Shown here: positions 1-8,017 of the stretch, one piece after another | Layout: each line of letters starts with the position of its first letter | How positions within the stretch are numbered: the first letter of the stretch is position 1 | Source of the DNA: a virus | Lineage: Duplodnaviria; Heunggongvirae; Uroviricota; Caudoviricetes | Length of the DNA: 33,405 bases | Virus record (IMG/VR): IMGVR_UViG_2778261165_000021 | Reading direction: 5' to 3' (one strand) | Position numbers and translations under genes: made by a program | Notes under the pieces: model-generated | What the model was told of the DNA's origin: nothing | The model's input: the letters and a program-made list of their open reading frames with translations, nothing else | Database searches by the model: none

Positions 1-990
1 TTATGTGGATGAAATGTGGATGCCTCCTTTTAACGGATTAAGTGAAATTGCATCCTGGAGGAAATCAGGAGCGAGGTGCGCATAGGTCATAGTTTGCTGG
101 ATCGTGGCGTGCCCCATAATTCGCTGGAGCGTAAGTATATTTCCTCCATTAATCATAAAGTGAGCAGCAAAGGTATGGCGTAGAACATGTACAGCCTGTC
201 CTTTTGGTAGGTCTGGCTTAACACTGCGAAGCACCTTGCGATATTCCTCATAATTGACGTCAAACAAAAGGCCGGATTTCTTTGTTTTGATCTCACTAAC
301 AACTTCATCAGAGACAGGAATAATTCGAACTTTTCCGTTTTTAGTTTTGTTAAACGTCACGCGATTATTGATGATGTGTTCCGCGCGCAGATTTTTCGCT
401 TCTCCCCATCTCGCCCCAGTACTGAGACAAAGTAGCGTAATCCGCCGGGCATCACCGCTTACTGCATCCAGTAATTTGGCGATTTCTTCCGTGGTGAGAT
501 ACGTCATTTCGGGTGATTTTCGTTTCAAAGAGGGGAGGGCGCGGAGCGGATTTTCTCCGTGAAATTCCCCGGCATTTGCTAGGAGTGTAAACATTCCTCC
601 GAGATCCGACTCATCACGCCGAACAGTAGACTCTTTTACTCCCAAGGATAAACGGGAGCTTCGATAAGCGGCCATGAAACGAGCATTAATCTGGCTAACC
701 CTTGGATCATTCATTTCTTTGATGATTTTTTTCAACCTGGTTAGAACGCCGTTAGCATATGGCTTATTGCGTCCACCCAATTCCCACCATAACGGAAGCA
801 GATCTGAGAGATGACGTTGCTCTGTTGGCTTTTCAAGCCATTCCTTATCGTGCATGTGGCTGAGAACATAACGCTCAAAGGCCACTGCATCTGCCTTTTT
901 CTTAAAAATCCGCTGAATCCGACGTCCACTTCGGCCACGCGGTCTAACATCCACTTTATACCGTCCACCATCGAGTGCTTTAATTGCCAT
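1..990 (-). CDS. int: Tyrosine site-specific integrase (P2 Int-like)
   Basis: ORF 1..1023 (-). From the internal Met the translation MAIKALDGGRYKVDVRP... matches the P2 Int N-terminus as recalled. C-terminal catalytic region has VLRHTFA and MTYAHL. GGAGGG RBS about 7 nt upstream of the ATG at 990; the in-frame start at 1023 is an alternative. Confidence 0.9.
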   Translation of the reverse strand: MAIKALDGGRYKVDVRPRGRSGRRIQRIFKKKADAVAFERYVLSHMHDKEWLEKPTEQRHLSDLLPLWWELGGRNKPYANGVLTRLKKIIKEMNDPRVSQINARFMAAYRSSRLSLGVKESTVRRDESDLGGMFTLLANAGEFHGENPLRALPSLKRKSPEMTYLTTEEIAKLLDAVSGDARRITLLCLSTGARWGEAKNLRAEHIINNRVTFNKTKNGKVRIIPVSDEVVSEIKTKKSGLLFDVNYEEYRKVLRSVKPDLPKGQAVHVLRHTFAAHFMINGGNILTLQRIMGHATIQQTMTYAHLAPDFLQDAISLNPLKGGIHISST

Positions 991-1056
991 TGGCAAGCCC
1001 TCCGGTGAAACGAGGAAAGACATTTCCAGTTTGTAAAATGTAAGAATAATAAAGGG

Positions 1057-1359
1057 TTAACCAATTTTCCTTTCGGATGGGGGTAAATCCGTTGGTTCTT
1101 GCCCATAGTGTGCGAGAGCCGGAGCTATCTGCCCGGATTCAGGCGCAATTTTTCCAGTCATAAACCACAACGCATATTTCTCAAATCTGGGGTTGTTTAG
1201 TATTTGCTCAATTACTTCAGCATTAGGGATAGTTTTACCGCTTTCATATCTCCACAGAGCATCACGGTTTAAACCAAGCATTTTTGCTGTATCCGGGAGG
1301 CTAGTAAGTCTCTCGCTTTCACGCATGATTTTTATGCGCTCTCCAATAGTCATACGCAT
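1057..1359 (-). CDS. C: Immunity repressor (P2 C-like)
   Basis: About 100 aa from ATG at 1359 (track ORF starts at a TTG at 1374). Contains KYALWFMTGKIAPESGQIAPALAHYG, closely resembling the P2 C repressor C-terminus as recalled. Sits between int and a divergent cox-like gene. Confidence 0.8.
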   Translation of the reverse strand: MRMTIGERIKIMRESERLTSLPDTAKMLGLNRDALWRYESGKTIPNAEVIEQILNNPRFEKYALWFMTGKIAPESGQIAPALAHYGQEPTDLPPSERKIG

Positions 1360-1454
1360 GTTGCAATTCTCCAACGTCTGTATTAATGTTTATACAAATG
1401 AGTTTGATTTGGGGCATCCGTCGCAAGAAATACCCCAAACAGGGAGATTATCAC
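1360..1454. promoter_or_regulatory. Immunity switch region between C and cox (expected Pc/Pe promoters and operator)
   Basis: 95-bp AT-rich spacer between divergently oriented C and cox start codons; contains TATTAAT-like -10 candidates. Assigned by position; operator repeats not confidently identified. Confidence 0.4.
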
Positions 1455-1781
1455 ATGAATGAAGAACTATTGAGGGCATTGTTTAAGATCCCAGACCCCA
1501 TCACCGTCGATGAGTTTTCCCGCCGCACAGGTAAGACCGAATCAGCCGTAAGAAAGTTGGTAGAGCGTCGACTCATCCCTCTAACTACTGAGCGCGAGGT
1601 TTTAGGCGAGGAAGGGAGTTCGCGCCGTCTTCTCATCCTTTGGAATGAGTGGCTCGAAATGGTCTATGACGCAACGAAACAGCTTCCTCCTGAGCGTAAA
1701 GATTGGCGCAATCACTGGCTTAAGAAAGCCAAGAAGCTGGCGGAAGATTTGGGATTAGGCTTTCTTAATTTTGCTGCATGA
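1455..1781 (+). CDS. cox: Cox-like excisionase / early-lytic regulator
   Basis: First gene of the rightward early operon opposite C. ATG at 1455 preceded by AGGGAG RBS 8 nt upstream (track ORF starts further up at 1386). Small basic protein. Assigned by synteny and weak resemblance to P2 Cox. Confidence 0.65.
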   Translation: MNEELLRALFKIPDPITVDEFSRRTGKTESAVRKLVERRLIPLTTEREVLGEEGSSRRLLILWNEWLEMVYDATKQLPPERKDWRNHWLKKAKKLAEDLGLGFLNFAA

Positions 1782-1799
1782 GATGCAGGGAGTTTTGAT

Positions 1800-2141
1800 A
1801 TGAAACAGCAACGTAATTCACGCTTTCGTAATGGTGCTGAACGCCACGCTAACCGTTTCGCTACCAGTGCATCACGCAGCAACATCCGCTACAGCCTGAG
1901 TGATACACACGCAACGCCGGATGGCTACCCAGTAAAACAAATCGGCGAGCATGCCTGGCTGATTGAGAAAGCTGGAATCGTGGTCCACAAATGCCCACGC
2001 AATCCGTTTACCGGAAACCGCATTTTTGCATTGAGCTGCGGCGACAATCAATTCGGGCAGGATTTCACATTATACGAAGCACTTCGCACGGTTGATCGTC
2101 TGCTTCGTGGGCAAAGTTTTATTAAACAGGCTGATTTATAA
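1800..2141 (+). CDS. Hypothetical early protein
   Basis: 113-aa ORF, ATG at 1800 with GCAGGGAG RBS; tightly packed in early operon. No family recognised. Confidence 0.55.
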   Translation: MKQQRNSRFRNGAERHANRFATSASRSNIRYSLSDTHATPDGYPVKQIGEHAWLIEKAGIVVHKCPRNPFTGNRIFALSCGDNQFGQDFTLYEALRTVDRLLRGQSFIKQADL

Positions 2142-2151
2142 CAGGTGCTTT

Positions 2152-2430
2152 ATGACCAAAGAGCATGCACAAGGTGTATTTATCCGTTTTATTGATTTTC
2201 GCGGTGAACTGTTATTACGCGCATCAGCCATTGACGGAGTTGTTCCATCCGAAAAAAACGCAGCTACTTACGTTTATCTGAACGGTACGCGCCTGACTGT
2301 GGAGCTTCCGTACCAGACCGTACGAGAAATCATTAGCGAAGCTGAAAAGGCACGTCAGGTTAATGGCGATGAACCATATATCGAAATTATTTGTATGGAT
2401 TCAGAAGCTGAAATTCAGAAAGCAGATTAA
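2152..2430 (+). CDS. Hypothetical early protein
   Basis: In-frame ATG at 2152 within track ORF 2092..2430, chosen because it begins 11 nt after the upstream stop. 92 aa, no family recognised. Confidence 0.5.
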   Translation: MTKEHAQGVFIRFIDFRGELLLRASAIDGVVPSEKNAATYVYLNGTRLTVELPYQTVREIISEAEKARQVNGDEPYIEIICMDSEAEIQKAD

Positions 2431-2441
2431 AGGGCGTTGCG

Positions 2442-2684
2442 ATGGGCAAAGAATATAAAACTCTCATTAACAAAGCACTTGAACGATTTTATTTTCGCTT
2501 AAGTGCATCAGGCGCTCATGCTGAACGTGCAGCTCGTGACTCATTGACCAGGGCAATCCGGAGTTTGTATGACGTCGCTTTTTACGCTGATGATCTGGAT
2601 GCACTTAACGAACTTTCCGAGCTGATCTGTGCCGCAGAATGCGGGGAACATATTGAACCGTATAAGCTGGGGAATATCGCATGA
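2442..2684 (+). CDS. Hypothetical early protein
   Basis: 80-aa ORF; its stop overlaps the next ATG (ATGA), suggesting translational coupling. Confidence 0.5.
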   Translation: MGKEYKTLINKALERFYFRLSASGAHAERAARDSLTRAIRSLYDVAFYADDLDALNELSELICAAECGEHIEPYKLGNIA

Positions 2685-2794
2685 GTATATTTATCTCATG
2701 GCTTGTTCTGATTATTTCGGTGGCCTGCGCCATTGGGATTATGCGAATTATTCATTCAGTAAAAAAGATTGAACGCTTTTTCACTGACGAATAA
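2681..2794 (+). CDS. Small hydrophobic peptide (37 aa, single predicted TM helix)
   Basis: Hand-translated: MSIFISWLVLIISVACAIGIMRIIHSVKKIERFFTDE. ATG overlaps the upstream stop. Below the ORF-track size cutoff. Lies at the start of a visibly AT-rich segment. Confidence 0.4.
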   Translation: MSIFISWLVLIISVACAIGIMRIIHSVKKIERFFTDE

Positions 2795-2886
2795 CAGCTT
2801 AAACAAAACACCAGATTAAACCCGAAAACCTGAAAACTATCCGCATTCGCGGAGGTATTCGCACACGTAAATAACGGAGATATAAA

Positions 2887-3303
2887 ATGAACACAAAAGA
2901 AGAAGGCATTATCAACACATTAAAAAAAATATCAGAAGCGGAAGATGAAATGGCTAAAGATGCCGTGAAGCGTAGCCAACATATGGCAGCACTTCACGCA
3001 CTGACCATTGCAAAAATCACCGCTGACGCAGCCAAAATTATTGAGGAACAGAGCAAAGAAATCGACACTCTTAAAACACAGTCAACAGTTGCAGCCATGA
3101 ATCCGTCCAGCATTGGACGCTGCATTTATATTCTTGGTTCAGCAATGATGCCGCAATACACCATTATTGCCGAACTGCACGGCAAATACCTGATAACGCC
3201 TTACCACACAAAAGAGTCTGAGCTTCTGACAAATCTCCGCCTGATAGAACGCTCTCAAGCTGTATTCATTGATGACGCGCAACGTGCCGTATTTAACGCA
3301 TAG
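2887..3303 (+). CDS. Hypothetical protein (AT-rich moron-like gene)
   Basis: 138-aa ORF with GGAG-type RBS; markedly more AT-rich than flanking genes. No family recognised. Confidence 0.55.
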   Translation: MNTKEEGIINTLKKISEAEDEMAKDAVKRSQHMAALHALTIAKITADAAKIIEEQSKEIDTLKTQSTVAAMNPSSIGRCIYILGSAMMPQYTIIAELHGKYLITPYHTKESELLTNLRLIERSQAVFIDDAQRAVFNA

Positions 3304-3326
3304 GGTTACTGGACAAAGGGGGCGCA

Positions 3327-3530
3327 ATGGCAATTAAGCATTTTTCCGTCGTTCGCTTTACCTCCAGAGGGCGCGAATACGAGGTCGACGAACGCCTGAT
3401 TACCACTATCGACAAACATCGTTCGGAAAAGGATGCGCACCACATCTACCTCACTGACGGCACTTATTTCTGCGCCACCAACGTGGCGCGGGTGAATCTT
3501 ATCCGACAAGTACAGGAGCCACGCAGATGA
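3327..3530 (+). CDS. Hypothetical early protein
   Basis: 67-aa ORF with AAAGGGGG RBS; 3' end overlaps next ORF start. Confidence 0.5.
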   Translation: MAIKHFSVVRFTSRGREYEVDERLITTIDKHRSEKDAHHIYLTDGTYFCATNVARVNLIRQVQEPRR

Positions 3531-3793
3531 CCATTCTGGACTACATCGCTACTCATCCGGGGTGTAGCGGCGGAGAGATCGCCGCAGCACTGAATACTCC
3601 AACCACAGCCATTAATGCTGAGTTACGCCAACTTTGGCGCGGCGGCTTAGTCATCAGAACAAACCGCAGCACAGGTGGTCGCGCTCGCAAAACTGGAGGC
3701 CAGGCTTCTTACCACGTAAACCCGATGCCGTTCGGGTGTAGCAATCCACTTACTCACATGTTTAACCAGCTACTGAAGGAAGCCAGAACATGA
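3527..3793 (+). CDS. Hypothetical protein, possible winged-helix DNA-binding fold
   Basis: 88-aa ORF; N-terminal segment ILDYIATHPGCSGGEIAAALNTPTTAINAELRQLWRGGLV resembles a winged-helix recognition module. Start and stop overlap neighbours. Confidence 0.5.
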   Translation: MTILDYIATHPGCSGGEIAAALNTPTTAINAELRQLWRGGLVIRTNRSTGGRARKTGGQASYHVNPMPFGCSNPLTHMFNQLLKEART

Positions 3794-4089
3794 GCACCAT
3801 CAACCACCAGAAGCTACGCGAACTGGCATTTGCCCTGCAACGAATGGCAACTCCTCAAAAATTACTGGCATTTCGCGCAATGCTCTCGCCGTCTGCTGTG
3901 CTGGCACTGCTGGATCAGCTGGAGCACGCCAGAACCACGGCTCCTGCCATTCGCCTGACGCTCCATCATGAAATCGCTGATTTCTGCGCAACGCTGGGGG
4001 CACCTGGCGAACCGGAAACGCCGGAAGCAATGCAGCAAGAGCTGCTGCAACGCATTGACAAGGTTTTTGATTTTTTTCTGAACCAGTAA
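3790..4089 (+). CDS. Ead/Ea22-like N-terminal-domain protein
   Basis: 99 aa. N-terminus MSTINHQKLRELA... and AVLALLDQLE motif resemble the N-terminal signature of lambdoid Ea22-family proteins, shared with ORFs at 9357 and 9953. Confidence 0.45.
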   Translation: MSTINHQKLRELAFALQRMATPQKLLAFRAMLSPSAVLALLDQLEHARTTAPAIRLTLHHEIADFCATLGAPGEPETPEAMQQELLQRIDKVFDFFLNQ

Positions 4090-4180
4090 GAAACCAGAAC
4101 ATGCACACACAAAAAAACCGCTTGCCATGCCGCAATCGGTCAGGTTACATTTCCGCTGCACCTCATAAAACGGGTGCCGG

Positions 4181-4366
4181 GATTCTCAACCCGATACAGA
4201 GCAAAGCGCATAACCGCGCCAGCGGTTTTTTTGTGCGTACTGTATTGCCACGTCTTTTTCGCGTCAGAATTATGGCGGGGCGTACGGGGCCGACTTCGGT
4301 CGGGCCGGATTCTTTGCTCTCCGGTGTTGAGAACCCTGTACGTCTCGCCACCCCGAGATTCTCAAC
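4181..4366. repeat. GATTCTCAAC direct repeat (4181-4190, 4357-4366) with inverted partner GTTGAGAA (4325-4332)
   Basis: Read directly in a roughly 320-bp non-coding stretch; the inverted pair can form an 8-bp stem around a 26-nt loop. Confidence 0.5.
4212..4232 (+). terminator. Candidate rho-independent terminator
   Basis: AACCGC-GCCA-GCGGTT stem-loop followed immediately by a T7 run; about 120 nt downstream of the 3790..4089 stop. Confidence 0.4.
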
Positions 4367-4411
4367 TCTGGATGGTGAGCTATTTCTATCACCGAGCAAA
4401 GAGGCCACACC

Positions 4412-4642
4412 ATGGCAAACCGCAAACAACAGCGCGCATACGCTGCGCGTCGTCACATCCAGACTGAAATCAACCGTAGACTTTTCCGCGCATCACGCGT
4501 CGCGCAAATCATGCACATCAATATGCTGCATGAGCGCAGCCACGCGCTATCGAACATCTATTCCGCCTCTGTTTTCAGCTATCTGGCGGATGATCTGCGC
4601 GAGCTGCAACAACTCTTCCAGCAGCAAAACAAACTCCATTAA
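4412..4642 (+). CDS. Hypothetical early protein
   Basis: 76-aa ORF, ATG at 4412 with AAAGAGG RBS 7 nt upstream; basic N-terminus. No family recognised. Confidence 0.5.
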   Translation: MANRKQQRAYAARRHIQTEINRRLFRASRVAQIMHINMLHERSHALSNIYSASVFSYLADDLRELQQLFQQQNKLH

Positions 4643-4714
4643 TTCCTGTTCCGGGCCTTTCCTGCACCTTGCGGCGGGAGGCCTTCGCACATCTGTAGTA
4701 AAGAGAATTGCAGC

Positions 4715-5104
4715 ATGATTGACGCTCATGACTTCACAAGATGGGTGCGCACACAGGACACCCGTCTGGCTCCCGTTCTTCAGGGATTATTTGATCTCTA
4801 CATCCGTGGTCGTGACAACAGAGCACGCACCACAAAACCGGAGAATGCAGACACCCTTTATTTCACAGTAGACGACTGCTACCGCGTGGACTTCACACCA
4901 CACGGGCTGGCGTTGCACTGCCTGACACCACACGGAGAATCACTGCTGGCGTATTACGACTCCCCGGCCTCCGTATTTGCGGCAATGCTGGCGCATCGCA
5001 CTGCTGGCGGGTGTGCCTCGCTGAGTGAATACACCGCTGAATTTAACCGCCTTTCTGCCCTCTTCTCGCAGGAGTGGCAGCGCGTGACGGGATACCAGCC
5101 ATGA
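4715..5104 (+). CDS. Hypothetical protein upstream of A
   Basis: 129-aa ORF with AAAGAG RBS; stop overlaps the A start (ATGA). Confidence 0.55.
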   Translation: MIDAHDFTRWVRTQDTRLAPVLQGLFDLYIRGRDNRARTTKPENADTLYFTVDDCYRVDFTPHGLALHCLTPHGESLLAYYDSPASVFAAMLAHRTAGGCASLSEYTAEFNRLSALFSQEWQRVTGYQP

Positions 5105-7941
5105 ATGAGTTTGCATGGAGCTGGAATGAACCACGGCCAGCCATTGATCCGGCCAGATTTACGGAGCACAGGCAGGAAACTGAAACCGACCTGCAACGCG
5201 CCATCCGTTACTACCTTGAGGCAGACAAAAAGGCTCTGGAAGAACAGGAAGCGAAGGAGGAAGCCTTTTTCGCACAATCCACCGTGGGTAAAAAACTCAT
5301 GGCATCCCTTGAGGAAGCCGGACAGCGTGAAAAGCTGGCACAAAGCATCATCAGCAAGCGTCAGGCAACAGAACAAGACCCGGTGGCCCGTGCTTTTGCC
5401 ACACTGAAGGTGCTTCCCGTTTATCTGCGTGAACCTCTGAGCCGCCACCTCTCTTTCCTGCGCAAAAAACAGGAAGCCGATCGCCAGAAAGGCAAAAAGA
5501 GCTGGCAGGCTGAACGCTACGCGCGCGGAACCCTGCGCAAAATATTCGAACGCCTGGACCGCACCGACCACCGCTGGCTGACACCGGGTTATCGCTCCCT
5601 TGCCGGACGCGAACGCCTGGATGATTTGCTTTACCTGCCGCAGCTCAACAAGCACCAGATACAGACGCTGGCCACCATGACGGCGGCGATGTTCAGCAGC
5701 ACCTTCGAAAAACTCTGCGATGGCTTTGGCGCGACCGATGGTGAGCTGACCATGGAGGTGGCACTGAAGGCGTATCAGATGCTGGCCCGCATGGTGTTAC
5801 ACCTGCACGCCATGCCTCCACATTATGACGCACTGACAACAGACAAAGACCGCAAGAACGAACCGGACACGGAACTGCTGCCGGGCGCAATCCTCCGCCT
5901 GACCTGTGCGGAATGGTGGAAACGCAAACTGTGGCTGTTACGTTGCGAGTGGCGGGAAGAACAACTCCGCGCCGCCTGTCTGGTTTCCAGAAAAACATCG
6001 CCCTATCTGAGCCAGGACGCGTTAAGCGAGTTTCGCGCACAGCGCGAGAAAACACGCGATTTCCTGAAAAGTTTCATGCTGGAAAACGAAGACGGGTTCA
6101 CGATTGATCTCGAGACGGTGTATTACGCGGGAGTAAGTAACCCGGTCCACCGTAAAGCAGAAATGATGGCCACCATGAAGGGGCTGGAACTTCTGGCCGA
6201 AGCCCGTGGCGACAGAGCGGTGTTTCTGACTGTCACCTGCCCGTCAAAATACCACGCCACAACAGAGAACGGTCATCCGAATCCCAAATGGAACGGGGCC
6301 ACCATGCGCGACTCCAGCGATTACCTGGTTAACACGTTTTTTGCGGCGGTCCGCAAAAAACTGAACCGCGATGGCCTGCGCTGGTATGGCATCCGCACGG
6401 TGGAGCCTCACCATGACGGCACCGTGCACTGGCATATGATGGTCTTTGCACATCCGGACGAGATTGAAACCATCGTGTCCCATGTCTGCGATATTGCCAT
6501 TCAGGAAGACCGCCACGAGCTGGGCGATGACATAACTCCGCGTTTTAAGGCTGAGTACGTAGACGGCTCAAAAGGCACGCCAACCAGCTACATCGCCACC
6601 TACATCGGAAAGAACCTGGACAGCCGCGCCGTGGATGGCATCGACCCGAAAACGGGCAAGCCACGCGTTGACCACGAAACCGGAAAATCAATGGCAGAGA
6701 GCGTGGAACGCGCCATCGGCTGGGCGCGCCTTCACCGGGTCCGCCAGTTCCAGTTCTTTGGCATTCCCTCTCGTCAGGTATGGCGTGAACTCCGCCGCCT
6801 TGCCAGCCAGATGGCACGCAACCCGGAAGGCCCACAACGGCTGAAGGATGATGCAATGGATGCGGTACTCGCTGCCGCTGATGCCGGGTGTTTTGCCACC
6901 TACATTGAGAAACAGGGCGGCGTACTTGTTCCACGCAAAGACTACCTGATTCGCACCGCCTACGACCTCGCAGATGAGCTGAACGATTACGGCGAGCAGA
7001 GTGTACAGATTTACGGGATCTGGTCGCCGCTCATCGGGGAGTCTTCCCGTGTGTGCACACATCCGGATAACTGGAAGCTGGTAAGACGTAAACCTGAAGC
7101 AGAAGACAGCGCCCGCGAAAATGGTTTTGACCTTCAGGGCGGCCCTGCCGCCCCTTGGACTCGTGGCAATAACTGTCCCCGTGTACAGGAAACGGACAAC
7201 AACGGGACAGAACAGCCGGAAGAACGGCCAGCGCCGTGGCCGCAGCTCCCTGACAGCGTTGATGTGGATGAATGGATGCGCTCACTGAAACGGCACGAAC
7301 GCCGGGCGCTGATGCGTTCGCTTCGTGACAAACAGGCAAAAAACAGCAGTGATGAAATGCAGAGCTGGACACAGAGCCGCAAACAGCAGCGGCCTTTGCC
7401 TGATAACCACGAATTACTCGCTAAAGAATGGCGGGAGTCTGCTGAATCTCTCGGCCTGCATATCGGTGAACAGCAGATGCAGCACCTGTTACGGGGCGGC
7501 AGTCTGTACGTTGACGGCAGCATCATTGCACCGCAGGGATTTGAAATTGTACGCAAACCGGATACCCGCCCGGACAGCCGAATCACGCAGCTCTGGCAGC
7601 GCCTGAGCCGTAATCATGGCGTAAGCAGCACGGAGATCCGCCATAACCCGGTCGCCAGCTATCTGGCACAGCTGGGGTCATCAGACCCTGAAGCCGCCGC
7701 ACGCCTGGCATCCACACTTCAGCAGGACCAGAACACCATGAAAACACCCGTTACCGTGCTTTCTGACATGCTGCGCGCCATCCGCGACGCAGAGCACGCA
7801 CAGAGAATCAGTGAAACCACTGAACGCGCCAGCCGCAAAGCAGACCTGCTGCGGGGTAGCCTGACCAGTGGAAACAAAAAACAGACAGAAACGGGATTCA
7901 CAAATCCCGTAAATGAGCAAAAAACGTGCCGCGATATATGA
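5101..7941 (+). CDS. A: Replication initiation endonuclease (P2 A-like, rolling-circle HUH family)
   Basis: 947 aa from ATG 5101 (track ORF 5074). HUH-type motif VHWHMMVFAH and paired catalytic tyrosines in SYIATYIGKN (YxxxY). Position after the early ORFs as in P2. Confidence 0.9.
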   Translation: MNEFAWSWNEPRPAIDPARFTEHRQETETDLQRAIRYYLEADKKALEEQEAKEEAFFAQSTVGKKLMASLEEAGQREKLAQSIISKRQATEQDPVARAFATLKVLPVYLREPLSRHLSFLRKKQEADRQKGKKSWQAERYARGTLRKIFERLDRTDHRWLTPGYRSLAGRERLDDLLYLPQLNKHQIQTLATMTAAMFSSTFEKLCDGFGATDGELTMEVALKAYQMLARMVLHLHAMPPHYDALTTDKDRKNEPDTELLPGAILRLTCAEWWKRKLWLLRCEWREEQLRAACLVSRKTSPYLSQDALSEFRAQREKTRDFLKSFMLENEDGFTIDLETVYYAGVSNPVHRKAEMMATMKGLELLAEARGDRAVFLTVTCPSKYHATTENGHPNPKWNGATMRDSSDYLVNTFFAAVRKKLNRDGLRWYGIRTVEPHHDGTVHWHMMVFAHPDEIETIVSHVCDIAIQEDRHELGDDITPRFKAEYVDGSKGTPTSYIATYIGKNLDSRAVDGIDPKTGKPRVDHETGKSMAESVERAIGWARLHRVRQFQFFGIPSRQVWRELRRLASQMARNPEGPQRLKDDAMDAVLAAADAGCFATYIEKQGGVLVPRKDYLIRTAYDLADELNDYGEQSVQIYGIWSPLIGESSRVCTHPDNWKLVRRKPEAEDSARENGFDLQGGPAAPWTRGNNCPRVQETDNNGTEQPEERPAPWPQLPDSVDVDEWMRSLKRHERRALMRSLRDKQAKNSSDEMQSWTQSRKQQRPLPDNHELLAKEWRESAESLGLHIGEQQMQHLLRGGSLYVDGSIIAPQGFEIVRKPDTRPDSRITQLWQRLSRNHGVSSTEIRHNPVASYLAQLGSSDPEAAARLASTLQQDQNTMKTPVTVLSDMLRAIRDAEHAQRISETTERASRKADLLRGSLTSGNKKQTETGFTNPVNEQKTCRDI

Positions 7942-7981
7942 AGCGCGCACAAAACAGGCAAAAGCGGGATTTAAAAATCCT
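7892..7981. promoter_or_regulatory. Two 18-bp palindromes flanking a putative promoter upstream of the parM-like gene (candidate parC-like centromere/operator)
   Basis: CGGGATTCACAAATCCCG (7892-7909, inside the 3' end of A) and CGGGATTTAAAAATCCTG (7964-7981); TGAGCA / TATATG hexamers between them; AAGGAA RBS follows before ATG 8018. Confidence 0.35.
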
Positions 7982-8017
7982 GTAACCGATTAATTAATCA
8001 ACATAAGGAAAAACGAC

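Noticed and set aside
1386-1454. Upstream in-frame start for cox at 1386
   Set aside because: Would place coding sequence across the C/cox promoter-operator spacer; ATG at 1455 has a proper RBS and gives a Cox-sized protein.
4230-4250. LexA box (CTGT-N8-ACAG) suggesting an SOS-inducible antirepressor
   Set aside because: TACTGTATTGCC and a similar CTGTATAT at 9912 lack the ACAG partner at the correct spacing.
4260-4380. tRNA or tmRNA-like gene in the structured non-coding region
   Set aside because: No T-arm GGTTCGA-type motif or cloverleaf with 7-bp acceptor stem could be built by eye.
4101-4718. 205-aa plus-strand ORF spanning the non-coding region and overlapping the 4412-4642 gene
   Set aside because: Low-complexity Ser/Arg-rich translation, no RBS, runs through a terminator-like hairpin and the repeat cluster, and overlaps a better-supported ORF in another frame.
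5351-7586. Several 77-233-aa minus-strand ORFs inside gene A (including 4954-5655 at its 5' end)
   Set aside because: Antisense frames within a well-supported coding region; no start context or recognisable domains.
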